Positions 36,216 through 48,200 of a stretch of 64,000 bases of DNA are shown one piece after another. The DNA is taken from NCBI GenBank assembly GCA_023515725.1, contig JALDTO010000266.1:506708-570707 (forward strand). The letters are read 5' to 3'. Numbering within the stretch: the first letter of the stretch is position 1; the number at the start of each line of letters is the position of its first letter. This stretch comes from Amoeboaphelidium protococcarum X5. Taxonomy: Eukaryota; Fungi; Aphelidiomycota. Both the position numbers and the translations under genes were made by a program. Under the pieces are notes generated by a model that worked only from the letters and a program-made list of their open reading frames with translations, was not told the DNA's origin and made no database searches.

Positions 36216-36801
36216 TTGTGATGCGTTTCGCTAAAGTACATCACACCTTGTGTGGTATGAGTATTTTCCCAGAAAGAGGTGTTCTGCACTTGCGGTTACT
36301 TTTAAATGAAAGAGGAGACTCGAATATACTAGAAAAGTGTGATTAAAAGCAGCTAAATCTTATATTATCGCGGTTTGACAATGCCTCACACCTTGTGATG
36401 CGTTTCGCTAAAGTACATCACACCTTGTGTGGTATGAATATTTTCCAAGCGAGAAGTGTTCTGCATTTGCGGTTAATTTCAACGGATAGAGGAGGTTCGA
36501 ATAAACAAGTAGAGTGTTATTTAATGCAGCTAAATCTTATTTTATCGCGGTTTGACAATGCCTCACACCTTGTGATGCGTTTCGCTAAAGTACATCACAC
36601 CTTGTGATGCGTTTCGCTAAAGTACATCACACCTTGTGTGGTATGAATATTTTCCAAGCGAGAAGTGTTCTGCATTTGCGGTTAATTTCAACGGATAGAG
36701 GAGACTCGAATATACTAGAAAAGTGTTAATTAATGCTGCTAAATCTTATTTTATCGCTTTAGTGAATGCCTCACATGCAACTTTCGCTGTAAAATCACAC
36801 C
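36216..36801. repeat. Tandem repeat, 177-bp unit (~3 copies), with an extra duplication of a 32-bp hairpin core
   Basis: TTGTGATGCGTTTCGCTAAAGTACATCACACC starts at 36216, 36393, 36570 and 36602, with a degenerate copy at ~36776-36801. The intervening ~145-bp segments are clearly similar to each other. Confidence 0.92.
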
Positions 36802-36876
36802 ATCTCCCATATTTCGAGTAAGAGAGAGATAGTAAATTTAATTTCAAAAAATAATATTAGAAATAAGAATTAACAT

Positions 36877-37284
36877 TCATTTAGTATTATTCAGATTTCT
36901 CACCTTTCTAATCGCCTCAAGGGAAGGAGATAACGACTTTTTAGTGCTAGATTGCACTGTCGATCTCCCGTTTAATAAAGACGCCTTTCCGGATTGATGA
37001 TCTGAGATCTGTGACTATTTTAGGGATTTCTTATCTCCACCATTCTCCTTCTGCTCTGTATTCATCTTATCAGGTCTATCCTCCGCCAGACCTTCTTTTT
37101 TTAATAGCTTATGGTACGCGCGCTTCAACTTCATCCTTTGGACCAACTCAGCCTTATCCTTTGCCTCTACACACTCCCATAGTATTTTGCGCTATATAAG
37201 TATATTGTAGCATCACAAACACTTACTTTTGTACTGATACGTGTTTCTAGGTGCAAGAAGTCTTTTATTCTATTTACTTGTCAT
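36877..37284 (-). CDS. Fyv7/CCDC59-like rRNA-processing protein, possibly C-terminally truncated
   Basis: MTSKQNKRLLAPRNTYQYK-(intron 37167-37226)-KAKDKAELVQRMKLKRAYHKLLKKEG resembles the Fyv7 N-terminus; TGA at 36877. Confidence 0.55.
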
Positions 37285-37452
37285 GTTTATATGGTGCAAA
37301 TTTGCGTTATGTATTTTCTCTCACTTTTCGTCAAGAGGAAGTGGCTAATCTTCTAGTTGCCTTAAACAGTCTGGCGTTGGTGACGAAACCTATACGTTAT
37401 AAAGCTTTGAAATTTCTTGAAAATTAATATTCAAAAAACCATTCTGCGATTA

Positions 37453-38277
37453 ATGCCCTTCTATGCCGTTAGAGTCGGCAGGAGAACAGGCATCTTCAAG
37501 ACATGGTCGGAGTGTGAAGCTCAAGTGAAAGGATTCTCGGGTGCCAAGTATAAAAAGTTTACATCGGAATCTGATGCATTAGCATTTTGCTAAATGGTTA
37601 AGTCGACTGTAGCATCATCTTCGCGTTCGCATAATATTGCTGGTATTGAATTTGAAAAGGTATAGCAAAGGTTCAATAATATAGTTTCATAATCAGCCCC
37701 CTCAGCGACTGTTAAAAGATTGAGAGATCAAAGTCCTGATGGCATTATCAACAGTACTGAAATTGACTTGCAGCAAAACAACAACAATAATAAACACTAG
37801 AAATTGGCAGTCGATGAAACGAGACGCGTCAAATAACAAGAGTAAATTGTCATAGTGTACGTTGATGGTAGTTCATTGAACAATGGCAACATAGGATCGA
37901 GAGCTGGAGCTGGTATATATTACGGTCCGGGTGATACTAGAAATATTTCGCGTTATTTAGGCACAAATGTCACTAATCAGATGGCTGAATTGATGGCCGT
38001 GAAGTTATGCTTATAAAATGCACCTAGTGACACCAATTTACTGATAAAGACAGACTCCCAATATACCATCAAAGGCGTGACAGAGTGGATGCTTAAATGG
38101 AAAGCTAATGGATTCAAGACCAAAGTAAAGAATCTGGATCTGTTCAAAGATATAGATTAGTTGATCAATGGACGGACGGGATCTGTGAAATTTGAATATG
38201 TTCCAGGGCATCAAGGCTTTGAAGGTAACGAGATGGCTGATCGGCTCGCTCGCAACGCTGCCTTGAACAATTGTTGA
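37453..38277 (+). CDS. RNH1: Ribonuclease H1 (hybrid-binding domain plus RNase H)
   Basis: [28 protein letters not shown]; VYVDGSS; TNQMAEL; IKTDSQY; [17 protein letters not shown]. Absent from the ORF track because of TAR codons. Confidence 0.93.
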
Positions 38278-38526
38278 ATGATCATGAATGTTATACAATC
38301 AATGTGCATATCATTTGAATGCGTTAAATTTTTATATTTAGCCAGGATAGTGCAGTTACTGACGATAAGATTTTCAGATTTGGATCATTTCATTTTGTAA
38401 CAGGCAAAAAAGACCCCTCTTTTCAACGACAGTATTTGATCAAGTTTGTGCAGTCAGTCCGATCTCTTTGCAAATCGGCGGCGGCTCCGGAGATTTTAAT
38501 TGTTTATAAACTAGCTGTACGTAGCC

Positions 38527-39579
38527 ATGAATTTAAAGCTAATTAAAAATGTCATTGGATGGCTACCTGTTGCCTTTGTTGTGTCGCTTCTCATATGGGC
38601 ATGGCAGGCTTACACTGTAAATTTATGGTCGCACTGGTGGACTCAATAGCAGGCAGGCTGGCTGATTCTACTGATTTTCTAGATTCTCTTTGTATTACTG
38701 ATGTGGACATATTACCGTGTGGTTATGACTGATCCCGGCTCTCCTCTCCACTATGAACATCTCAGATTATAGACTTCTGAATTATAGCATCTATCCTACA
38801 ATCAAGATGCAGCGATGGATTCCACCTTAATGAATGACAATCGTAATGACAGCGGTGATGCTCTTTTAACAGCCACTGTTAAATCAAATGGTCAACGGCG
38901 GCATTGTAGAAAGTGTCACGTATGGAAACCAGATAGATGTCACCATGATTCAATGTCTTAGAGGTGTGTACTCAAGTTTGATCACTTTTGTCCATGGATT
39001 AATAATTGTGTTGGACATTATACCTAGAAATACTTTGTGCTGTTCCTGTATTATGTTGTTGTGTTTAGTCTATATACCGGCCTCACCACTTTCCCCATTG
39101 TTATGAATATTAAGGGCGTGTTGGATATTCAAACTCTATTCCTGACTATTATTGGATGCATATTCGGAGCTGCATTGAGCCTGTTCTTCGCCATGCATTT
39201 ATACTACGTATTTGCCAATAAAACTACTCTGGAGGCTTTTGATTATAAGAAATATCAGATGCCTGTTAGAATACAGTCTCATAATAGAAGTAGACGGTCT
39301 GGGCTGGTAAGAAATTCTGGTATAATGAAGTTATTCGGTCGACATCAGCAGAGAACTCGATCTCGGTCCTCATCAATAATAAATACAGATGATAGTCAAG
39401 ATGGCTATGATATCAAGTACGTGAATATGTTCAATGTCGGATGGCGGTTGAATTTTATGTAAGTTTTTGGATCCAATCCGTATTTATGGCTCCTACCTGT
39501 GTAAACTACTCAAGGTGATGGTCTCTCTTATCCCTGCGTTACTTCCTCTCCTCCTACCCATGTCAATGATTTAGTTTGA
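38527..39579 (+). CDS. DHHC-family palmitoyltransferase (Pfa3/ZDHHC2-like, DHFC variant)
   Basis: TDPGSP; CRKCHVWKPDRCHH..RCVLKFDHFCPWINNCVG; NKTTLE; FNVGWRLNFMQVFG. Confidence 0.9.
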
Positions 39580-39684
39580 GAATTTCTTTATATATACTGT
39601 ACTTATAATGATTTTGTTGCCTATAATGAATGATAAGGTATAGAAAAGCAAACTTTATGTGGAATCAGTGTAATAAATAAAATT

Positions 39685-41229
39685 TCATTCTTCATTGTGA
39701 ATCTCATAGCGTTACGACGACGATGATGATTAGGAGGATACTGATTGTTTCCGCTGCATAACTATTTTAGATGCATAGACATGATCAAGGATGGACAGAG
39801 TAAACTCCAAAGACATTTTGTCTGACCAGTTCACCCCAGATGGATCGTTCTCTAGCCAGGCAATGTGTCCACCAACTTTCGTAGTAACTAGAGCCAGATT
39901 GGGGTTCTTGCGGAACATTTGATACGGTATAGCATCAGCAGGTATTATGGGATCGTCCAGTGCTTGTACAGTCAAGAATGGCACTTTGATGCTAGACATA
40001 AAATTGACACCACTAGCCTCATAGTAGTATTCCCGTATAGTATTGTATCCCCAGAGTTTAGTGGTCAGGCGTTCATCATATTCTTAAAGAGTTTTACATT
40101 TCAGCACCTCCTCGATATCGTACTCATTCTAGGTCGCTGTAGACATTTTTGGAGACTCCACAGATGCAGTTGTTGATGGCGCATCCTAACTTTTACATGT
40201 CTGAAATACCGACTTATGCTGTGTTAGGTATTTGGCTAAACTCTTGGCCAACACAAAATTATAGACATGCTTGTTAATTCCATCCTTCTATAACCACTCA
40301 TCAATCACCAGCCAATTGAATGGATTAGCAACAGCAATAGCAGCCGTCAATTTACAATCTCCACCCTACTCGCCAAGGTATTTGGTCAATAGATTGGCTC
40401 CCAGAGAATAGGCTGTGGCAAAGAGAGGAGCCTGAGGATATTGGGAATGAACATGATCAACCACCTGCCTGATATCATCTGTGTAATGGCAAGAAAAGTA
40501 CTTGGTGGTTTTCAGTTCAGATGCTCCACACCCGCGAGCATTCATAACAACAGGACGGATCCCATTCTGGGCGAGCAGTGTGACATAATGCCTCACATAC
40601 TGAGTGTGTGAGCCTCCTGTGACTCCGTGAATTATAATCATCACTGGTGAATCCTCGGCAAACCGAAACATGAACTCTCTACTATGTCGCACATAATAAT
40701 CTAGAGCAATAACACCGCCATCTTCAGTCGCCAGTAAATGTCTTTAGAATTCAACTTCTGGCACTATGCGCAGGTACTCGTGCAAGAACGTTTACAGGTG
40801 ACCACTCATGTTCCAACCATCAGGAACCAAATATTTTAGCGGGCTTAAATTACAGAGCATTGTATAAAAATACGGTTTATATTTCCTATTTAACAACTAA
40901 CACCGTCGCAGTATAGACTTCATTCGGACAGAGTTTCTAGTATAGTACACAGAGGGACGCTCACATTCTGCATTGTATAACAGCCACATGGCGACGATCA
41001 GCGGCCAACATGTCAATGTAACCACAATCCAAATCAGCTTTAACGCTATCTTTGTAAGCGAAAACATAAGCGACATATATTTCTGAGGTATAAATGCACT
41101 GGATACATACTACTCTCTAACAACAGTCTTGTGATGGAATGACTTGCTCTCAGCAAACGCCAAGTCGAAAGCAAACTCCTTGAATTGTTCAAACCAGCTC
41201 TCAAGATCTAAATTAGAGGGAAATCTCAT
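39685..41229 (-). CDS. Alpha/beta hydrolase, ABHD1/3-Eht1/YheT family
   Basis: HGVTGGSH, NARGCG, AYSLGANL (nucleophile Ser), ALDDPII, GGHIAW. Confidence 0.88.
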
Positions 41230-41587
41230 CCTAAGCAGTTAGAAAATAAGTGGTTACTTTGCAGATTTTATAAAGACTCTGCGTTGGGAATAGAGAGCTA
41301 TGTAAAATATTCCAAATCGCTTATAATGAGAAGCAGCAATAGAGCTAGCAACTTGAATGTATGTATGCAATTATCGATCCCGCCTATTGGAGTTGGTTTG
41401 GAAATTGGTGGGAGAAACGCGCGCGGGCGCTGAGAAAGCCCGAGCGTCGCTCCCAGATGTTTCATGCAGCCGTGTGGATGAGCGGTGAATATTATTACTG
41501 TAGTCAGAGTCCTGATGAATGGGAGATAACAAACTAAGGGAGGAAAAGTACAGATTTAGATGTTATTTTATTGCTTGTTTAACCTAT

Positions 41588-43213
41588 TCAATTACCGACA
41601 TTGTCATCGTCTTCCCTTTCAGACTCTTCATCATCGATATAGTCACCACCCTGGACCATCCATGGCTCAAATGGATCTTCAAACTAATCAACAAACGCGT
41701 CTTCTCTGTCAGCCGGATGCAACTCGGCATCATCAGCAATGGACTACCACTATTCCCACTCAGTGTCATCCAAAAGACAGGAGTCAAGAGCACTGGTCAA
41801 CTATTCACGATCAATATCAATTCCGATAAATACTATTTCCTAACGTCTGTCGCCATACTTGCCTTCAAAGTCAGCTCTTAAAGCATCTTGGAACTCTTTC
41901 TCCACAGGCCATTGATCTTCATCCAATTCACAAAACCACGGCTGACCACCATTTATTGTCAGCACGCAACCAGCTTGGGACCACTCTCCCCACACAGAAT
42001 ATCGACTAGCCAACCAAATGAACCCTTTAGAGCGCAGAACTGGGCCAAATAATGCGTCCTTCTTCTTATTTTTCGCAATCTGCTGAGGTGATGAAGGATT
42101 TACTAATGAAGTTACTTCCTCTTCCTCTTCGACTTCTTCTGGAGAGCCTTCCTCAACAGCGACATCCTGACTATCACCGTCCTCCATTTCATAATCCTCT
42201 TCCTCAGGCTCATATTATTCTTGGATTAGAAGAAACTTGTCTCCAATCAAATCCGCTAGTCTTTGCGGATGAAATGGTTTTCTAGCAGTATAGATAAAAT
42301 GACCAATGCCATACTCTTCAGATTCAGGCTTAGGCGCCAGCTTACCGTTGCGCTGCAACTGCATCTCGCTCAATGATTACAGCCACCCAGGAGAATTGCG
42401 CGCTTCCTCAAAGTCAAACAGACCGGTATTCAAAATGTTCTTCAAATCAATCTGAGAATTCAGAGTGCGAATTATGCGAGCTTTGGGATTCAATTTCTTG
42501 ATAAAACCTTCCATCTTGTTTAGAACATCTTTTGATACCAGGTCAGTCTTGTTCAACATGATGACATTTGCAAACTCAATCTATTCAACCATCAGATTCG
42601 AAACGTTACGATCATCGTACTACTCGACATCCTGGTACTTATCAGACAACAGCTCCGCAGTATCACAATCGTTAAAGAAATTAAAAGAGTCAACAACAGT
42701 AACGCAGGTATCCAATACTGCCAACTTGCTAATACCGCCGATACGTTTCAATTCAGCCAAAATTGTCGGATCAATTTGATCGGCCTAATCGGCATTCTCG
42801 CCATCGCCCGACTGGACGGCAGCCGTAATCGTTCCGTCAATGAATTCGGTGGAAAACGTTTCAGCCACCTGCATTGGCTCAGAGATACCAGTGCTTTCAA
42901 TCACAATGTAATCAAACTTATCAGCGCCTGTAGTCAGATGGTAGATCTATTCGATGAGGTCACCGCGTAAAGTACAGCATATGCAACCATTCTACATTGA
43001 TACAAGGCGTTCCTTGGTGCCGATGACGTTCTCATTCTTGATCAGCTCAGAATCAATGTTGAGGGATGCCATATCATTGACAATAACAGCACATTTCAAG
43101 TTACTATCCTTGGAATGAAGGATGTGTTGCAGCAGTGTTGTCTTACCTGCACCAAGAAATCCACTCAGCAAAGTTATCGGGATCGGACGCGTCTATTCAG
43201 TTGAGTTTACCAT
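41588..43213 (-). CDS. COG0523/CobW-family G3E GTPase (zinc metallochaperone)
   Basis: [70 protein letters not shown]. Confidence 0.92.
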
Positions 43214-43717
43214 TTTTGTAGTCTATCACGTACAGTATTATTCCTTACAAGTTTCTTAAAGGAGTGAAATGCTCATAGTATTGTTGATCATCTATACCTG
43301 AAAATGACGTGATTTCTACAGTAAATGACGAGTGATCTTGGATCTGTACCCCTGCTTCGACATTAATGATCTAGAGTATCTGCAAAGGAGTTGATACGAG
43401 ATTAATCTGACTGAAATTCGCCCCAGGTGAGAGTAATTACTCCTTACTGTCATCTTGGTATCGCATTCGATATGATCACTTCTGGTAGAGGAGATGGATC
43501 AAATCGTTTCGTAGCTTCAACAGTGACTGAACCACCGAAAAATGTGTGTCCTACGTACTAAGAAATTTTTCTAGTCTTGGTTGGTGAATGACGCGTAAAT
43601 TTCTCAAGAGTAAGTCAATAGTGGTGAAATCCAAACTGTAATATAAATCTGAATGGTGTACAGTTAGCAGTAATAATAAATGCTTAACTCAGATTCTTAT
43701 AAAGGTGCTGAAAGAAT

Positions 43718-44027
43718 TCACAATTTCAAAGTAGTTAAAGATACATGCCATTCTTCTTAGTTCAATTCAGAACCACCAACACTTTCCACCTAGATTGAAT
43801 CATATTTGAATTCAGTATTTCACTTATTATCTATACATGGAGCCAGTAATCTTTTCATCTCTCTCCTCCATCACATAGTCAAAGTAGTCCATTGCTCGTC
43901 TACGAGGCAGTCCTTGAGTCTCAAAGGATCGGTAATACCAATCCAGCATACTTCCAGTGGCAACACAAAGACCAGTGATTCCAGCAATAGGTAAGAGAGA
44001 ACTCCACGGGACTTGATATCTCGGCAT
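43718..44027 (-). CDS. NDUFA1: Complex I subunit NDUFA1 (MWFE-like)
   Basis: VPWSSLLP..TM..RRAMDYFDYVMEERDEKITG. A 34-nt intron (43790-43823) restores the C-terminus ELNQEEWHV. Confidence 0.7.
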
Positions 44028-44240
44028 ATTAATATTTTGTCTGCTGTAAGTAATAGGAGAGATTGAGGTTGGGTGAACACTTTCTAATTATCAACTTGCA
44101 GAGTTCGGTCCGGTCAGCCTAAGAGAAGGAAAAATCCAACGAAGCGATTCGCGAACTCGTATGCTTTCACCGCCACGCTCCAACGACAATTTCAAGAAAA
44201 AAGTATAAAATAGAGTGATCAAACACTAGCAGCACTAGGA

Positions 44241-44807
44241 ATGTCAATCACATCTGATATTTAGAAATAATACCAAGATGTCTATCAATTTTTACTGAAG
44301 CAAGATGAGATTAAACTGGCAAAGAAGGTGAGAAAATCATGCTTGAAAAAACACGACTTTGATGTGTCCATGGCAGCGTCTTCTGCCTCTTCTAATGAGA
44401 ATGGGGTCAATGCGAATGACACCTAATCATCATCATCATCAGTATCGGAAGAAAGAAAGCGAAAGAGCTCCGAGTCTTAGTCTGAGGATCTGAATCCAAA
44501 TGACGCGTCTGTAGGTGCAGTGGACTCTCTTAAGTAGGCCGCCAAGAAAATCAAGCAAAGGTTTCATAGGGTAGATCCTAAAGATGTGTAGTTTGTCGAT
44601 GACAGATTGAAAGATAACACGTTTCTAGCTAAAGGTGGTGCAACTCAAAACAGTTATGGATACAAGGCCAATGAAGATCTGTCTAAGGTGAGAGGTAAAG
44701 GATTTACTAAGAGTAAAAATAAAATGAAGAAAGGATCGTATCGCGGTGGAGCTATTGACACCAAGACACATTCCATCAAGTTCAGCACTAGTAGTGACGA
44801 GGAATGA
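44241..44807 (+). CDS. SRP40: Srp40/NOLC1-like nucleolar protein (compact, 188 aa)
   Basis: LisH-like N-terminus VYQFLLK; SRP40_C domain FHRVD..LKDNTF..YGYKANEDLSKVRGKGFTKSKNKMKKGSYRGGAID..SIKF. Confidence 0.85.
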
Positions 44808-45295
44808 TCAATCGTGAACCATACGAATATTCAAGTGCATTATAGTAGATTTTTTGAAATCAAGCGTTTAACTACAACTTTCATAAGATTCATGCCTGTA
44901 TACTAATGGAGGGAGTCGCTTTGGCCTCCTACCTGCAAATGTCAGTAGTATATTGAGTATTAGTTTAATTTGAGAAGACTAAATTGACTTTATCACCGTA
45001 GTCTTTATGCGACCATGAGAGCCAAGCAATGTTCTGGCCAATCGCGCCATTGACTTTGCACCTTTACAAGTTGGTGCTTTGTCTCGTTCCGCGTTGTTTC
45101 CGTTTCAAGTACTGTGCAGAAGAAGCTTTCTTTCTTCGACACTTCGGCGTCCTTCACAGTAATAATAACTTCACCCGTTATTCTGCTGTAGGTATTGTAA
45201 CATCCATTTACTTGTTGGAATAAACATCTCGGTTTCGTCCTCTGTATATATTGATAATAACAATAATATCGACAATTTATCTGAATTATTAAGAG

Positions 45296-48200
45296 ATGAC
45301 AGAGGTCAGTAAGATAAGTTCCAAAGACGATCTTCTCAAGTTTTTGATAGAGAATAAGGATTTGACTTGCAGTCAGAGTATCGATGCTTGTCACAGATAC
45401 GTGGAGCTGAGTGTGGATAAACTACATGAAGTGGATGATGCGGAAATCGTTCGTCTCTGCAATCTGTATCAAGTGCATAATTCCGACAAGTCAGTTACCC
45501 TGTGTCTGGCTTTACTTCTTAGTCAACTTTTACCTAAAGCGTAAGTGGGAGTCGTCAACTCTATGGTGGTGCCGATGCTGGTTAAAGAATGCTCTCACAG
45601 TCTCTCTTCAAGGTCAATGTCTGTACTATAGCTAACTATACAAATACTGGATAATTGTTTGATATGCCCTCAGGTTGTGGATAAGCATCAGGTGTTGACG
45701 GTCTACATTGAGATGCATAAACTCTTCTCCGTTCTGTCTGAGGATGTTGGTATCAATTTGAAAGTTGCTCTGGTGCCAACTTTGAATCGCACACTTTATG
45801 GACTTGCATCGAAAGTTGCTAAATCTGTCGTTGAAATAAAGTACAAGTTGCTATTTGAATTGCTGCTCATGTTCACGGTTAAAGCAGAGTGTCTATTCAA
45901 CAATTTGACCAATGTCACTGAAGATGTCCACTCTTTGGCTGAGTAGGAAATGATGGCTGCTCTATATTCGTGCTGGGCTTTGCTTAAAGATGATCCAGAT
46001 TTGGATAACTTTCACTCTTATGATGTATCTGTACTTTTTAGACGGTCTTGGGGCTGGGCAGTGCTATTGGCTCTGCAGGAAGATAATACGTTCAAGACGC
46101 ATTGGATAGATGTCATGTCTAAGTTGGCACAGGTAACAAGTTAGTTTATCCCTCCTTCAGTTGAATCCACGTATCAGTTTGGATTGCAGTAGCAAGATCA
46201 AGATATTGTAAAGAAGGCTTTATTGGACATTTGCTAAAAGATGATTCCAAATTATCACTATCTGAAAAATAAATCATTAGCTAATTTGGTACATGTGCTG
46301 TCTGTATATCACTTGGAGTTGCTCAGATTTGGCCTCAAGAAGTAGAAACTATTGAAGGTTAATATGTTTGATTATGTCCGCAATGTGAAGCATTTCCAGT
46401 TCAGTGTAAACCTGATGCAAGAAGTTATTTTAGGTGTATTTATGAATGGAATTGGCAACGTTCATTATTCTTATGACAATCAGGAATTCGCCAAGTTTAT
46501 TGTCAACAGTGCTCTTGTGGAGATTACTCAGGAGACGTTGAAAGATTTCGTACTCACAGTGATTAAGAATGTCTATGAGGCATGTCCCATCATCATTCTT
46601 GATGTGAAGATTGCACAATCTCTACTTAATGTTCTTGATCTACTAAAAAAAGCTCTGGATGACGAGATGTATGGGCGTACTAGCTTTGAGTATTACGCAA
46701 AGATCAATGGCAAGTTGATAAAGTTCAATATAAAGCATGGCTATAAGTACAGATATAGAATGCTGTAAAATTTTGGCGAATTGGTCACTTTGACGCTGTC
46801 AGATATTATTGATCGTAATTCTCATGGCTTTATGAGTGTCTTGGAGCAGTTGGCTGAGAATGTGGAGAAGGACAAGAGCAAGTAGTCGAGCTACGGATTT
46901 GATTATATTCTGTAAATTGTCTAGACCAAATTCCCTAATGAGGCCAACATCATATCAGTTATCAGGGATTCTTATTTGAACGCTATGAATGTGGGCAAGA
47001 TTGTTGGTGAAAAAGGCGGCGATGATGGTGCAATGGGTGAGTTGTTGCAAAGTTCAAAGTAGGAGTTGGCCGAGTATTAGAGTAAGCATTTCAAAACTTC
47101 ATATTTGGAGGATTATTCTAATAGTTTGCACAGAGCTTATGCCATCTTTGCAAAGACTCATGATTTGGAACTGTTGAGGGTGCTGTGCCTGTTGCCTTTC
47201 TAGATATTTAAGAAAGATGCCGTTACTTTATCTATTGAGATGGTATCTAATCTCCATTGTAATTATCCTCAATTCTAGATTGAGATATTGAACCATTTTT
47301 ATGATGGTTGGCAGTTATTGGCCAGGCAGAAGAAGGGTATTTACACTGCAACTCACGTCATGGGTTACACTATTATGAGCAAGAAAATGTCGTATGGACC
47401 TAGTTCGGCGAATAAGGACGTGGAGAACTCTTTTGCGTACTTTGTTCCAATGCTCACCATTATCTAGTTTTTGAGTGGAATCATGCAGACGTACGGTAGA
47501 CATAGTTTGGATTATAGACGTATATGTACAAGGATTATGGCTGAGGTGCTGAGCGAAAGACTCAATCTCAGTAATCATACCATGTCTAGATTCTGTGGAC
47601 TGCACTTGTTCAAGATGTTTTGGAATGTTTAGTGTTATTAGAGCGGTGGATCGGTTTGGTATAATAAATCGTAACAATTGGACTTTTTGTTCCTGATTCT
47701 ATCTAATACTACATCATGGCATGGTCATTTCCAGGAATTTGTCAAGGATGAAATTGATCTACTCAAGCATATATACCAGGATATGAAAGCTAAAGTGGAT
47801 AGTGATTATGATTCAAGCGATGGATACTTTCGCAGCTTGGTGATGAGCATGAAGGATCTGGCTGTGGTTGCTGTGGAGGAAGCATTAATTAAAGATGCTG
47901 TATGGCTCGACCCTCTAGTAGGCAGCAAGTAATTCGGCATTCCGGTTAAAGGATTGCACGGTGTGGATACTCCTCATTTAGTTAACTATGTGCAACGCCT
48001 GTGGAACGTTTGTCCTAGACTGGTGCTGACTATTGCCCTGCGTAATCCTTCGTAAACTTTGGTCAATACGGTCACTGAGCTGACTGTGAAGAGTTCTTTT
48101 TTGCTTCACAACATGCCTGAAGCTTTCCCATTTCTTTTGAGAGCCGCAGATAAAGACAAGGAGAAAGCTTTCAAGTATTTGTATTTCTGGTAGCCTGTCC

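Noticed and set aside
35805-36289. Short overlapping ORFs of 60-100 aa on both strands
   Set aside because: They have no recognisable motif or consistent gene structure.
36216-36801. CRISPR array (32-bp palindromic direct repeats)
   Set aside because: The 'spacers' are ~145 bp and homologous to each other, one is zero-length, the context is eukaryotic, and there are no cas genes.
37453-38277. RNase H as a retroelement remnant
   Set aside because: It has the cellular RNase H1 hybrid-binding domain, and no RT, integrase or LTR is nearby.
43214-43700. Zap1-type zinc-responsive element or snoRNA upstream of the CobW gene
   Set aside because: There is no good ACCTTNAAGGT match and no convincing box C/D pair with a terminal stem.
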